Assembly (NCBI RefSeq): GCF_018977255.1
Contig: NW_024704742.1
Span: 129,024,001 to 129,088,000 of the forward strand
Direction of reading: 5' to 3'
Length of the DNA stretch: 64,000 bases
DNA from: Callorhinchus milii
Taxonomy: Eukaryota
Positions within the stretch are counted from its first letter, which is position 1, and the number at the start of each line of letters is the position of its first letter. The position numbers and the translations under genes are program-made. The notes beneath the pieces are model-generated. The model was not told the DNA's origin. It did not search any database and saw nothing but the letters and a program-made list of their open reading frames with translations. Shown piece by piece: positions 36,936-51,102 of this stretch.

Positions 36936-36960
36936 ATAACCATAGCAACAATAAACAAAC
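36936..36960 (-). promoter_or_regulatory. Putative motile-cilia promoter module of spag8: RFX X-box next to a forkhead (FOXJ1-type) site
   Basis: The minus strand reads GTTGCTATGGTTAT at 36949-36936 (X-box-like). ATAAACAAAC lies immediately beside it at 36951-36960. Both sit in a short unique GC-rich stretch between two tandem arrays, upstream of a ciliary/flagellar gene. Confidence 0.65.
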
Positions 36961-36966
36961 AGCAAC

Positions 36967-37680
36967 TCCCCCCCACACCCCCACACACACCCATACACAC
37001 CACCACACACCCCCCCATACCCCCCCACAACCCCCCCCCCCACACCCCCACCACCACCACACACACACCCCCACAACCCCCCCCCCCACACCCCCCACCA
37101 CCACCACACACACCCCCCCATACCCCCCCACAACCCCCCCCCCACCCCCACCACCACCCCCCCCCACACACACACCCCCACCACCACACACACCCCCACA
37201 CCCCCCCCACACCCCACACACACACACCCACCCACACACACACCCCCACACCCCCACCACCACCACCCCACACACACCCCACACCCCCACACCACCAACA
37301 CACACACCCCACACACACACACACCCCCACACACACACACCCCCACACCCCCCCCACCACACCCCCCCACCCCCCCACACACACCCCCCACCACCACCCC
37401 CCCCCACACACACACACACCCCCCACCACCCCCCCCACACACACCCCCCACACACACCCCCCACCACCCCCCCACACACACCCCCACACACACCCCCCAC
37501 CCCCCCCCCACACACACACACACACCCACCACCACCCCCCCCACACACACACCCCACCACACACACACACCCCACACACACCCCCACACACACACACCCA
37601 CCACACGCACACACCCACACACACCCCCCACCACCACCCCCCCACACACACACACCCACCACACACACACACCCCACACA

Positions 37681-37712
<32 letters not shown>

Positions 37713-39084
37713 CCCACCACACACACACACCCCACACACACCCCCACACACACCCCCACACACACACCCACCACACACACACACCCCACACACCCCCACA
37801 CACACACACCCACCACACACACACCCCCACACACACACCCCCCACAACCCCCCCCCACACCCCACCACCACCAACACACCCACACACACACCCCCCACAA
37901 CCCCCCCCCCACACCCCACACACACACACCCCCACACCCCCACACACCCCCACACCCCCACACCACCACACCACCACACACACACACCCACACACCCCCC
38001 CACACCCCACACACACACACCCACACACACACACCCCCACACCCCCCACAACCCCCCACACCCCCACCACCACCACACACACACACCCACACCACCACCA
38101 CACACACACACCCACCCACCCACACACACTCCCACACCCCCCCACAACCCCCCCCCACACCCCCACCACCACCACACACACACACACCCACACCACCACC
38201 ACACACACACACCCACCCACACACACACACTCCCACACCCCCACCACCACCCCCCCACACACACACCCCCCACACACACCACCCCCCACACACACACACC
38301 CCACACACACACACCCACACACCCCCCCCACACCCCCACACCACCACACACACCCCCACAACCCCCCCCCCACACCCCCACCACCAAACACACACACACA
38401 CACACACCCACACACACACACTGCCCCCACACCCCCACAACTCCCCCCCACACCCCACCACCACCAACACACACACACACCCCCACACACACACACTCCC
38501 ACACCCCCCACAACCCCCCCCCACACCCCACCACACACACACCCCCACACCCCCCCACAACCCCCCCCACACCCCCACCACCACCACCCCACACACACCC
38601 CCCACCACCACCCCCCCCCCACACACACACACACACCCCCACCACCACCCCCCCCACACACACACACCCCACACACACCCCCACACCCCCCCCACACCCC
38701 CACCACACACACACCCACACACACACACACACCCCACCCCCACACCCCCACACACACCCACACACACACACCCACACCCCCCCACACACCCCCCCCCACA
38801 CACACACCCACACACACACCCCCACACACACACCCCCACCACCACACACCCCCCCCACACCCCCACACACACCCCCACACACACACCCACACACACCCCA
38901 CACCCCCCCCACCACACACACACCCCCACACACACACCCACACACACACACCCACACCCCCCCACCACACACACCCCCCACACCACCACCCCCCCCACAC
39001 CCCCACCACCACCACCCACACACACCCCCACCACCACCCCACACACACCCCCACCACCACCACCCCACACACACACACACCCCC
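36967..39084. repeat. ~2.1 kb C/A-only low-complexity array of (CA)n, (CCA)n and C runs
   Basis: Seen directly; almost no G or T on the plus strand. Confidence 0.97.
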
Positions 39085-40446
39085 AGGGACAGAGTGGCAG
39101 AAGGCCCACCCACTAATAGTGGGGTGAGCGAGACGGGGGACGTGAAGTAGACCCGAGCCCCGCTGAGCGGAGGGAGCGAGCAGGATGGTAGGGGGGTAGG
39201 AAGTCACAGAGATAGGGAGGAGCAACACCATGGAGGGCTTTGAAGGTGAGGACCTTGAACTGTATTCAACAACAGGAACAACAACAAATTGCATTCATAA
39301 AATTTTTATGCAGTTTTCATATTTTTTTATATCACTTTTTATGTAATTTTTTATAAATTATACAGGTCGTGCTTCGCCACTGTCAAGCACTCTGGGACGC
39401 TGAAGGGCGCTATATAAATTCAAGTTGTTATGAATCAAAAGTCCTTACACATAGATCTGTATGAGATGTTCAAACTGCAGACCATGAAGATGTTTACACA
39501 TACTGTATCAACTCATTAAGGCACTATAACCTTTATGAGCACAATGAAAGATATTTCCTGTAATAGCTGCAGACTCTCCACAAATGTTGTCTTTTAATAA
39601 ATGATTAAAAACTCTGAATATTCTGATTCACCCTCTTTCGTAATAATAATAATAATCCTTCTATTTGATATAGCGCCTTATTGTGGTTGTTGGTACGTCT
39701 CAAAGGGCTTCACAGGGTTTACTGTGAAGTGGTTTTTGACTGCATTTTGTGGATGAAATGCAGCAGACCAGTTGCGCACAGCAGTTGACCCAGAAATGGC
39801 CATGGAGTGAGCGATCAATTTAATTTGGGGGATTGTTGGCCAGGACCCTGGGAGAAACTCACCTTTCTTTTTAGTGCCATGACATCCACCTGAACAGGCA
39901 GGCGGGCTTGGTTTCACGTCTCATCTGAAGGATGGATGAAGTGCCTTTCACGTCAGGAGGATGTCCTAAGGCACTGGACAATGAAGGGTTTGCACCCGGC
40001 CTGCAGCTTGGGATCAGAAAAGGGTGGGGTTCAAGGGGGTGAAGGAGGGAAGATGACCGAAGGCACGGTTGGAAAGGAAGATCTTGAGACGGGCTTTGAA
40101 GCAGGCATGGGAGGGGGTGAGGGGGAGGGGCTCCAGAGTGGAAATGAAATTAGATCGATTTTTTTCAGAAAATAATATTTTCAGGATGCAGTAAATGAGT
40201 GAATTAATTGATTAATTAATTAATTAGCAGGGCTGGATTATCCCATAAACCAACTAAACTATGGCATAAGGCCCCAAAGTTTGAGGGGTCTCCGGATATG
40301 GCACCTTTACCTCGTGCTCCACCACTGTTCCCATCACTCTCCATTCTGCCTCATGCTTCATACAACTTTAGGAGAGGCAACGTGATAAGCAAAGGGTAGA
40401 GAAGTGGAGCAGGAGGTATGAGACAGTGGGGAGATGCAACGGGAAG

Positions 40447-40650
40447 AAAGTCTTTTAAAAAGGTGTTGTTGCATATTTTCCATGCATAGTACAAAGGGCC
40501 ATCTAACGTAATCTGTTTTAGAGCCCTCAGATACCTTAATCTGGCGTTGCTCCATTTCCAGAGCCAACCAGCCCCTGCCTTCTTTATTTTTAAATGAGGG
40601 TGTTTTGAATTATAGAATTTAGGCTCGAGAGTGATTTCCACATTTAGTTG
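40447..40650 (-). pseudogene. RNF213-like relic, late AAA domain
   Basis: LNVEITLEPKFYNS vs LNLQNLYESLYDA. LALEMEQRQIKV...LFKRL vs LGLGTHRVKCRV...LINRL. Weak match but at the expected position. Confidence 0.4.
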
Positions 40651-43600
40651 TTTCCACAGTTGATCTGCTGAGGAGGGATGAAACCCATGCTCTCCCAGGC
40701 CAAAACATACTGATCAGTTTACGGGAATACTGTCCTTGGAACTGTGAGCAATTGCTTTAAAAGTTAATTTCATCACATTAACTTCCTATTTCTTTCCAAC
40801 TGTTGGCTTCATTTGACTCATGGAGAAATGTTTACTTTAACATAATTGTGTCATGGACTTTTATACTCTGCTGTGCTTCTGTGCCAAATTGGCGGTTGGT
40901 AGCACTCTTGCCTCTGAGTCAGAGGTGGTGGGTTCAAGCCTCACGCCAGGATTTGAATTTATAGTCTAGATTCACAGTCCAATGCAGTGCTGAGCGTGTG
41001 CTGTATTGTTGGAGATGCCGTCCTTCAGATGAGACGTTAAAAAATGATTTCTCATCTGTCTGTTCAGGCAGATATTAAAGATCCCATGGAACTATTCGAA
41101 CAAGGGAAGTTTCTCACGGCGTCCTGGCCAACAATCTCCCAAATAAATTGCCCATGGCTGCTTTTGGATATTGCTGTGTGTAAATTGGCTGCTGTGATTC
41201 ATCTGCAACATCCACAGTTACTACACTTTACAGGAATCCTGCAAAGCACTTTGAGATGTCCTCCTGGTGTGAAAGGCATTATATCAATTGCAAGGCTTAT
41301 TATTATGCGTAAACTAATAATAATCCTTGCATTTGATATAGCGCCTTATCACATCTTCGAGATGTCTCAATGTCGTGGATTGAGAGACAATTTTTTTTTT
41401 TTTGGAAGGGATTATTACCTCCGAAAAAACGATCCGCCAATCAACTAACAGCTGAGTTCCTATTTACAACTAGGTAAACAGAAGCGTTGAAGTACAGAAA
41501 CTTGCCCAGTGTTTCATCCTGCCGGGAATCGAACTCAGATCCTCTCGCTTGCTAAGCTACAGGTCTCCACAACATATGAAAGAGAGACTGAGAAAGAAAG
41601 AGAGTGTCTGGATGTTAGTACACAAGTGTGTGCATTTTTAGAGAGAGAAATAACAAAGATATAATAATAAATAATAAAAAAAACTTGCATTTACATAGGG
41701 CTCTTGATATAATGATAAATGCCTCATAGGGCTCTGCAAAATATAATTGAATAAAAATGAAGTGAATGCTATTGTATGAGTAAACACAGCAGTAAATTTG
41801 CACCAGCTATGTCCCATAAAGATGATTAAGTAGATACAGAATGGGAACAAGAAAGTGACCCAGACAAATAGACTTGAACATTTTAAAGAGAGGGACACTG
41901 GGGATGGAGACAAAATTGTGGTAGCAAGAAGTTCTCAATAAAACCTGAAATATTGTAAATGCATTGTGAGAGCATCAAGTATTTGTCACCGAATTAACTA
42001 TTATTGCTACATAGTAACCTTTAGTGGGGCTTCATGTACACAGAGTACATGTGGCCTTAAATACTTTCCATGCTCATGAGCCCATACAGCCCAGTTTTAC
42101 TCACTTTGACGGTATGTGAATTCCATTTAAGGTATTACCTTTCATGAAAATTGAATTAAATGAGAAATGGTATTCTGAACTCAGATAATCTCATTTAATT
42201 GAAGTGCTGGCAGGAAAAGGAGATTTAGTTCCAAATGTTTGTGCCCTGTCCAGTGCAGAAAATGAGTTGACTAAACATCCACAAGGAATAACAAACAGCC
42301 GTTGTCCGAGAACCATTATTCCTAACATACAATATGAAGAGATGTTTTCACAGGGACCGGTTTGGTGTCTTTAAACACAGAAATTGTTGATAGCTTAGCA
42401 CTATAATACAAGACTTGAAAATAAACAGGCATTGATATTGCTTGTTAATAATATACACACTCCATCTTCTGAAGCTAAGGGTGTGTCCAGTTCCTGTGTT
42501 GAAATAAGATATCTGTCCTGGCCAATCAGGCAATATGATTCATATTTCCATGAGTGAGGTTGGCAAATGTTCCCTAATTCAGTTTCCTAAAGCTTCATGT
42601 AAACGCAACCTGGGTCATACTAACCAACAAAACAACTTGCATCAATATAACGCTGTTCACACCGGGTAGAGTCCCAGAGTGCTTGGTAGTGGCAGAGTCT
42701 GACAACGAGCCAGGGGGAGAGGGAGGGGGATGTGACAGTAAGCATGATTAGAAGGGAAGGCCTTTAGGCGGGTTGTGAAGGTGGAGAGGGAGGGGGCAAG
42801 GTGGAAGGATTCAGGGAGAGGGTTCCAGAGTTTCGGGGCATAGTGGCTGAAGGCACAGTCACCAATGGTGGAGCAGAGGAGGCCAGAGCCAGCCAAGCAG
42901 AGGCAGCAGGTGGGGAAGTGGGGGGTAAGCAGGTTGGATAGGTAGGGAGGTGCGAGGGCATGAAGGGATTTGAAAACGAGTGAGAGGATCTTGAAATCGA
43001 TCTGTTCTGTAATTGGGAGCCAGTGGGACCTGCCAAAGACTGGTGTGATGGGGATACGGAAGTTTGAATTAATTGGATTTTGTGTATGGTGGAGCTGGTG
43101 AGACCAGTGAGGAGGGCATTGGAATAGTCCAGCCAGGAAGTGATGGTAGTCGCATGCACAAATGTCTCAAACTATCTATGTACTATATCCCATAATGTTA
43201 TTTCCTAAAATAAAACTATCTAATCCGTGTTTGAAGGAATTAGTTAGATAATCAGTTAGGAGTTAGATAATGATAATGAGTAAGCATGATAGCAGAGCTT
43301 TTGAATTATTTTTATTTTTCAAGTTTTTGCTATTGACCATTGATATATCTCAAGGTAAGTAAATCAATAACTAAGGGGATCCATCAATAATTTTGGGGGA
43401 AATAGTGATTGCTAAGAAAATGCAATATTCTAATATTCAAAAGGTACTACAACAACAACAAGATTCCATTTATAGAGCGCCTTTCATGTCGGGAGGACGT
43501 CCCAAGGCGCTGTACAGTTGGGTCAGGAGCAGTGAGGAAATGGTCAGGGTGAGGGGAGGGAAGGGAGGGAGCGAGGAGGGGGTAGAGTCGAGAGGGGAGC

Positions 43601-43774
43601 TGAAGGCACGGTCAAAGAGAAAGGTCTTGAGACCGGCCTTGAAGGAGGAAAGGGAGGAAGCGGCGAAGGCACTGGGGGATAGAGTTCCAGAGCCTAGGGG
43701 CTGAGAGGCTGAAGGACCAGATGGGATGTTTCCATAAGTGCGGAGAGAAGTATGAACAAAATGTCATCACAATG

Positions 43775-44070
43775 TTTCAAGACGAATATGGTATGAAGCG
43801 AGTAGAAGCAGTAATTGTGAATCTGATCTTTAGATGAACATTTTTTATTAGCTGGCCATAAACAGTGAGGAAAACCATGGAGTCCTTTATAAAGGGAATA
43901 ATGCCAGACCACCCAGCAACAACGACAATAATTCAAACCAGCATGGCTTTATGACTAAGAAATTGACTGAGACTGTAGCAAAGCAGTTGGATGAACAAAA
44001 GCCATATGCTTTATTTCTTCACTTTCGGACAGCACCGCTCAGTTTTCTAACAGGCGGTTAAATGGGCTTG
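43775..44070 (-). pseudogene. RNF213-like relic, AAA domain after Walker-B
   Basis: FNRLLEN*AVLSESEEIKHMAFV/SNC vs LHPLLEDGCIEDDPAPHKKVGFVGISNW. CFYSLHTIFVLK vs FFGLRDYYSLIK. Confidence 0.6.
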
Positions 44071-46034
44071 TTCAACACACGATACAGTTATAAATGGAAA
44101 TTTAATTCATTAGATTAATAGGAAGCAGAAAATATAATAAAGATCTTGTATTTGCTTTCATGCCATTCATGTTGGGAGGAAGTGTCAAAGATGTTCACAG
44201 GATATATTAGAAAGTGTAGTCACTGTGTGTTTTGTGGGTGAATACAATCGAAAATTTGCCTCCAACAATGTCTCAGAAACAGCCATGATGTGAATAACCA
44301 GTTTTATCTGGGGTAGAGTTGGCCAAGACACCAGGAAAAACTCCCTTTTCTTTCCGAATAGTGTAAAGTCCACCTGAACAGGCAGATGAGACCTCAGTTG
44401 AACATTTCATCTGAAAGATATAACCTCCAACAATGCAACACACCGCAGCACTGCATTGCAATGTTAGCCTGGAATTGTGAGTTCAAACCCTCAATGTGGG
44501 GATTGAATCCACAACCTTCTGACTCAGAGGAAAAAAAATATTCTCAGCCTGATTTAGTTGGTAGCAATCTTGCTTCTGGGTCGAAAGATTGTGGGTTCAT
44601 TGCACTTTCAAAGCATTTCGCCCACAAAATATACAGTCATTTCACTTTTCAGAGTATTCCATGAAGCATTTTGAGACATCTCAAAGATGTAATAAGGCGC
44701 TATATCAAATGCAATAATTATTATTATTGTCTGGGATGACACTCTATTGCTGGAAATGCTGTCTTTCAGATCAGATACTAATTGAAGAGGGTGCCAACTG
44801 CTCCCACATTTTAGTGTTAAGTATGTATTGCAGTCTGTCTTGTTCAAGTCATTTTCCTTTGCTATTGGAACATTGTAGAATGAGGAAATTTTTCCACTGC
44901 TGATATGAATAGAGATAATAAATCTGAGAGATGGTATGACTGACACAAACAAAATACGAATATATGAAAATGATCTTACGTTGGATCAGAATAAGAGATA
45001 CAACCTTTCAAATCCATTACATTTGGACCTGTATAATTCCCTCAGGAAGTAAAAATCATTGGAAAGTGCTGGTCTCCATTGTCGCTCAGTCTCTGAATTC
45101 ATAATGAGGTCTAATCATGTTCTGTCAAAAACAAGCCGAGTGGCAGGTGGATACAAAGCTTTTAAAGCTTTTAATGTGGCCCTTGTATTAATAGCTATAT
45201 TTCTCTGTCAGAAAAAAATCAATGTACGTGATGTAACAAAATGCAGATTTTTTTTAAAAAAGAGAAAGTGCAAAACTTTTTTTCCAGCAGTGAAAATTGA
45301 GAGTTTGTTCTAGTGTTCGAGAGCTGAAATTCCACCTGGCCTGTAAGCATCTGAACTGAGGCAACTGGTAGCTGGTGAAAATATAGATACCAGAGTAAAC
45401 CAACCACTTAAAGTTAATATCATGCAGAATCAAAGACAATTCTTATATTCAGTCTGAAATTGGAAGCGTTATAAGTTTTCCCTCTTAGTTGCCAACATCA
45501 AAATCTAATGTTATTTTCTGATGTGACCATAGATTCCTGGCAGATCAAACATTTCCAATGAGCAAAATACCTGGAATCCAGAATATAGGACCATAAAAAT
45601 TCACAGCACAGAAGTAGGCCAGTCATTCAGTCCATTGCACCTATGCTGGCTCTTTGAAAGAGCTATCCTTTCAGTCCCATTTACCTGCCTTCAAGTGCCC
45701 GGGGACCTACTCTGTGTGAGGGGTGCTGTGTAAATACACGTTGATGTTGTTGTTGTTGCCTTTTATTCCACACACCTGCAAATAACTCCTTTATAGATAT
45801 CTGCCTGGCTCCCTCTCAAAAGATAATACGGATTCTACCTTGACCACAAGACCCAACAGGGCATTCCACATCCTAACAACGCTGTGTAAAAAGGAATCCT
45901 CCTAATTTTCTCCCTTGTTCCTTTCCTAATATATTTTTGTAGTTGTTTATTAAGGAATGAAGTCCCCTTATTTGTTAGCAGGAGATGAACCTGCATAGTA
46001 CCCATTGCTTTCACTCCATGTTCTTCTCAAATAA

Positions 46035-46412
46035 CAATAGCAATAATAATCCTTGCATTTGATATAGCGCCTTATCACTTTGTTGAGATTTCTCAAAGCA
46101 AAAAATATACTGTAAAGTGAATTTACTTTATATTTTGTGGACGAAACGTGGCAGCCAGTTGCGCACAGCAGTGTCCCACTAACAGTGGATTGAATGATCA
46201 AATTATTATTATTTAGTCACTTACTGCTTTCTGAATAGATTATTATCCCCAGAAAGCGATTTGACAATTGACTAACAACCGGGTTTCTACTTACTGCTGG
46301 GTAAATAGAGGCACGTGGATTAACGAAACTTGCATAAGGTTTCGCCCTGCCCTGGAATCGAACCCGGGACCTCTTTCTTGCGAGGCGAGTGCTCTAATGT
46401 TACAGGCCTCCA
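46035..46412 (-). mobile_element. Longer SINE subfamily copy (extra CAGTAAGTAG..AACCC segment); relatives at ~25264-25655(+), ~46768-47070(-), ~53720-54058(+)
   Basis: tRNA-like head GGTTCGATTCC and the shared Deu core and tail, plus an internal segment absent from the young family. Confidence 0.75.
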
Positions 46413-47764
46413 ATGCAAAATAAATAATGGCATGATTCAGGTACTTGTGTAAATATGGATCAAGATTAAGTATCAAATACTGAACTGAGAGAAGCAGTAG
46501 CTGGTGAAAATACAGAGATTGAAGCAAACCAACCACTGTAAATAATTGGAGAAATGGTCGACAAATAATTATGATGTTATCAGCAAACCTACCTTAGCAA
46601 CCACAGTTACTTGTCGTTGTATAGTCGAGATATGGAAGGTTATAACAAAACTCTATTCTGTTCACTGGCCTTGAAAATCTTTCAGATACTGATAGGTTTA
46701 AGGAGTATTGGGCTGTGCTATGACTCATACTATTATATTACTGGTTCCAATGGTGGAGTGATATATAACAATAATAATCCTTGCATTTGATATAGCGCCT
46801 TATCACGTCTTTGAGACATTTCAAAGTGCTTCACAGCATATACTGTAAAGTGAATTGAGTGTATATTTTGTGAGCATAACGCGGCAGCCAATTGCACACA
46901 GCGGTGTCCCACAAACAGTCGTGGATTGAGTGACCAAATTATTATCATTATTATACTTATTTATTTTTGAAAAGATTATTATTCCTGGAAATGTGATCCG
47001 CCAATCGACTAACAAGCGGTTTCCTACTTACTGCTAGGTAAACAGAGGTGTGTGAGTAAGAACCTTGCCCAAATCGAAGCGAGTGACTAATTTTATTTGG
47101 GGATTGTTGGTCAGGACACCGAGAGAGAGAAACTTCCTTCTCTTTTCAAGTATCTTCAACATCCATCTGAACAGGCAGACGGGACCTCAGTTTAATGTCT
47201 CATCTGAAGTATGGCATAATAATATAATAATAATAATTAATTAGTAATAATCTTTGCATTTGATACAGTGCTTTTCATGTCTTCTCAACGTCTCAAAGCT
47301 CTTCACAGAATATGCTATGACATAATATAGTCACTTGGCATTGAGTCGGGTCACGAGACACAATAATCACAAATGTAGTAAAGAAACTCTGGCTTTGTAT
47401 TGATTCTGGCTGGGCACTTTAGTTTGAATATCAAGCAAGGTTCCACTCAACTCAACCTTTTCTATTTGAATAGCTATGAGAATATGAGTCTCATTCGGAA
47501 TCACCTTCTAATGGTAAGATGCAAATCTGCAAGCCAACTTGTGGAATTCTCTAATCCAGAAGGCTGTGGATCCTCAGTCTTTGAACATTTTCAAGACTGA
47601 GGTTGATAGATTTCGCCCACAAATATACAGTCAATTCACTATACAGTATATTCTGTGAAGGGCTTTGAGACATCTATAAGACGTGAAAGGCGCTATATCA
47701 AATGCAAGGATTATTATTATTATAAAGGATAGAGGGATTAAGGGATATGGGGATAGAGTGGGTA

Positions 47765-48020
47765 AATAATAATAATAATCCTTGCATTTGATATAGCGCT
47801 TTTCATGTCGGGAGGACGTCCCAAAGCGCTTCACAGAACACACTGTAAGGTGAATTGACTGTATATTTGTGGGCGAACGCGGCAGCCAATTGCGCACAGC
47901 AATGTCCCACAAACAGTCGTAGATTGAAAATGACCAATTTATTATTGTTTTGGGTTTTGGAGGGATTATTATTAGGCGTGTGGAGTAAGGAAACTTGCCC
48001 AAGGTTTCGCCCTGCCTGGG
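47765..48020 (-). mobile_element. 5'-truncated Deu-domain SINE
   Basis: Near-identical to the other young copies. Confidence 0.85.
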
Positions 48021-49084
48021 ATTAATACCTAAATGGAATTAGGTTAGAAGATCAGCCATGATCTTATTAAATGGCAGGGCAGGCTCGAGGGGCCAAATGG
48101 CCTACTCCTGCTCCAATGTCTTATGGTCTTATGGTCTTAAACCTGATTTTGTTTCCAGAGAAGTAAACACAACCAGAACCCTAGGCACCATTTCTCTTTG
48201 ACGTTTGTGGTTGCTTGAATTTGTATCAATTATTTCTGGCTTGATCTATCATCACATTTTTGCTATTATAGAAATAATAAAATGGATTCTTAACATATTT
48301 GAAAAGGAACTGGATAAATATTTGAAGATAATTTTTTGTGTGTCAGCTGACACATGTGGAAACTCATCACAATCCTTAAGAGTATCCAAATCAAACAGAG
48401 AGAAACAAATTTGAAGAGAAACAATACTAAACAGTATGCTGAAAGAGTGGAGAATATGGATTAGAGAATAAATAAATAATTATTGGTTTAACCTCTGACA
48501 ATGCAGTGCTCCCCCAGCACTGCACTATAGATTCAGCCAAGACTGTGAACTCAAAGTCCTGATAGGAAGGGGAGGCAGGGGGGATTTAACTCCAGAAGAG
48601 AAGCCAGCGGTAGCCGTACGGACCTAATCAGCTCCTTGTACAATACCAATTTCTATAACAAAATCAGCTTGCATTTATATAGTGCCCTTCACCCGGAAGG
48701 CGTCTCAGAGTGCTTAACAGTGGCGCAGCCTGATGCTGAGCCAGGGGGAGGGTGGAGGTGACCATAGGTACTGTCGAAGAGGAAGGTCTTCAAGTGCGAC
48801 CTGAAAATAGGGAGAGAGGGGACAAGGCGAAGGGATTGATGGAGAGAGTTCCACAGCTTCGGGGCACTGATGGTGAGGTGGAGGGTCCAAGGAGGAGACA
48901 GGGCATTATTTTATTACGTTGTTCATGTATAAAGCTTCCCAAAATAAAATCGTTGATTATGCTAAGAGAATTCTTCTGTGCTTCATGGCTTGGAGGCTGA
49001 TATTAACTGTTGAGTCTGGAAAGGTAATTGTTGATCCATTTCCAATTTATATAGTGTTCTTTTTAATAGAAGTTACGCTTCATA

Positions 49085-49170
49085 AAATGTGACTAAAAAC
49101 AGGCACAGCGTCAAATGCAATAAACATTTTATAATGTATTCAGGCTGTTTTAAGGTCATTTGGGCATTGT
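49085..49170 (-). pseudogene. RNF213-like relic, segment leading into an AAA Walker-A
   Basis: MTLKQPEYIIKCLLHLTLCLFLV vs LALKENVFMMVVCIELKIPLFLV. The following GKPGSSKS motif is not recognisable. Confidence 0.45.
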
Positions 49171-49399
49171 ACCATATGGTGACATAATCTCTTTCATAGG
49201 TAGAGTAGAAGGCTCGACATTTCTTTCACAAGCAGTAAGTGCACATCCGTGTGTAAAGTCACAGACAATTGCAGACATTCAGGAATTTGTCATTTTGCAC
49301 ATGGTTGCAATAAAGTTGTTAATCATAATTAAAAGGCTGTTATGTGTGCTTGTCTTCCGAGCACTCCTCGCGTGAAGAGCGCTAAATAAATGCAAGTTG

Positions 49400-50036
49400 T
49401 TGATGTTGTCCTGGTTTGTGCCCATTTCGGTGTCCTCTTTACTTAATCTTCGCGGACTTGCCCTTGCCTGGCTCAACTATGCAAATGCCCTGCTTGTCGG
49501 CCTTCCCAACTCCTCCCTCCACAGGCTGCAGATAATCCAGAACTCTGCAGCCCGTGTCCTCTCCCGCACCAAACTCTGTGACCCCATCTCCCCTATTCTC
49601 GCCTGACTCCATTGGCTCCCTATCCTTCAGAGGATCCAGTTCAAGATCCTGGTTCTCACCAACAAAGCCTTCCATGCCCTCGCCCCACCCTATTCCTGTG
49701 ACCTCCTAACCCCCTACCAACCCGCCCGCTCCCTCCGTTCAGCCGGCTCTGCCCTGCTCCACATTCCCTGACCCACCCGCCCCACCATTGGCGGGAGAGC
49801 CTTCAGCCACTCTGCCCCCAACCTCTGGAATTCTATCCCCAAATCACTTCGCCTCACCCCCTCCTTAGTCTTCTTCAAAACCCTCCAATTCGACCATGCC
49901 ATCAGCCACCCCCCTTCTCCTCCCTTCCCTTCTCTCGTCCTACCCCCAGCTTGGGTCTGAAATGCTGTACACTTGGGACGTCCTCCCGACATGAAAAGCA
50001 CTATACAAATGTAATCTTTTTGTTGTTGTTGTTGTT
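49400..50036 (+). mobile_element. Older L2 3' fragment; other old L2 pieces at ~42630-43160(-), ~57111-57450(-), ~61000-61310(+), ~33690-33930(-), ~39085-39290(-)
   Basis: NYANALLVGLP...[22 protein letters not shown]-type peptides and L2 tails. Confidence 0.8.
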
Positions 50037-51102
50037 AGTCAAGTGAGACATGGTGGCAGGACTGGCAAGTCACAGTATACCTTTGTTTCTGTATGTCGTT
50101 TGCTGGCTGTTGGACTCCTATCCTAATAGAAATTAAAGTTTGGAAGAAAGGAAAGTTGTTTTCTAAGTGTGCAAAGTTTAGACTTGAGTTCAAGATACAA
50201 GCTGATTACCCCATGCCTTGGAGCACATAAGCTTGAAACTATGAAATTTGTCCAAATCTACCTTTAAGCTTGCATCTGTAGAACATGCCGTTTGCACAGA
50301 GGCAAATAGCATTGATCTTCTCAGATCAAAACCACGACCACCAACTTGAACTTATATAGAGTTCTTCACATGGGGTAAAGCCTTGGAGAGCTTAACAGAG
50401 GCAAAGCTTAACACTAAGCTGGAAGAGAGGATAGGTGACCGTAGACACGATCAAAGAGGAAGGTCTTCAGATGCAATCTTAAGTTAAGAAAGGAGGGGGG
50501 TGAGGCAGAGGGTTTCAGCCAGTCTCGGAGCATTGTGGCTGAATGTACGGCCTCTGATGGTGGAGTGGAGGGGACGAGTGACATGTAGAAGGCCGGAGCT
50601 CACTGAATGAAAGGGGTAGCAAAGGTGTGATGTGCGAACAAGCTTTGGGAATTCAAAGAAAAATGATGCTCTGAGGGTGTTATTCTTGGACTGTTAGTAA
50701 CTTAACTGACATTAGTTATATTGGCTATCTGCTCCTTCATTGGTGAGCGGGCTTTCAGCCATACTGCTCCTACTCTCTGGAACTCCATCCTCTGACTCTC
50801 CTTCCTTCTCTTCTATCAGATCAAATCTCAAATTGTATCTCTTTGACCGTGCATTTAGTCACCTTTCTCCTTCCAATTCCCCTCGGCTCCCACCTCCAAC
50901 TCAGGTGCCCAACCAGCAATGTGAATGCACTTTGGGATATCCTTCTGATGTGAAAGTGCTAAATGAATATAATTCATATAGTATTGGTACAAATCACAAA
51001 ATACTGCAGATGCTGGAATCTTAAACAAAAACAGAGAGAGCTGGGAACATTCAGCAGATCAGTTCTGACGAAGGGTCCCGAAACATTGACTCACATTGAC
51101 TC

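Noticed and set aside
36080..39294. Very long ORFs (1015, 802, 770, 747, 736 aa) rich in P/H/T or G/V/C
   Set aside because: They are artefacts of stop-free C/A and CCTG tandem arrays, open in nearly all frames. Only the minus-strand frame from 36357 has splice and homology support.
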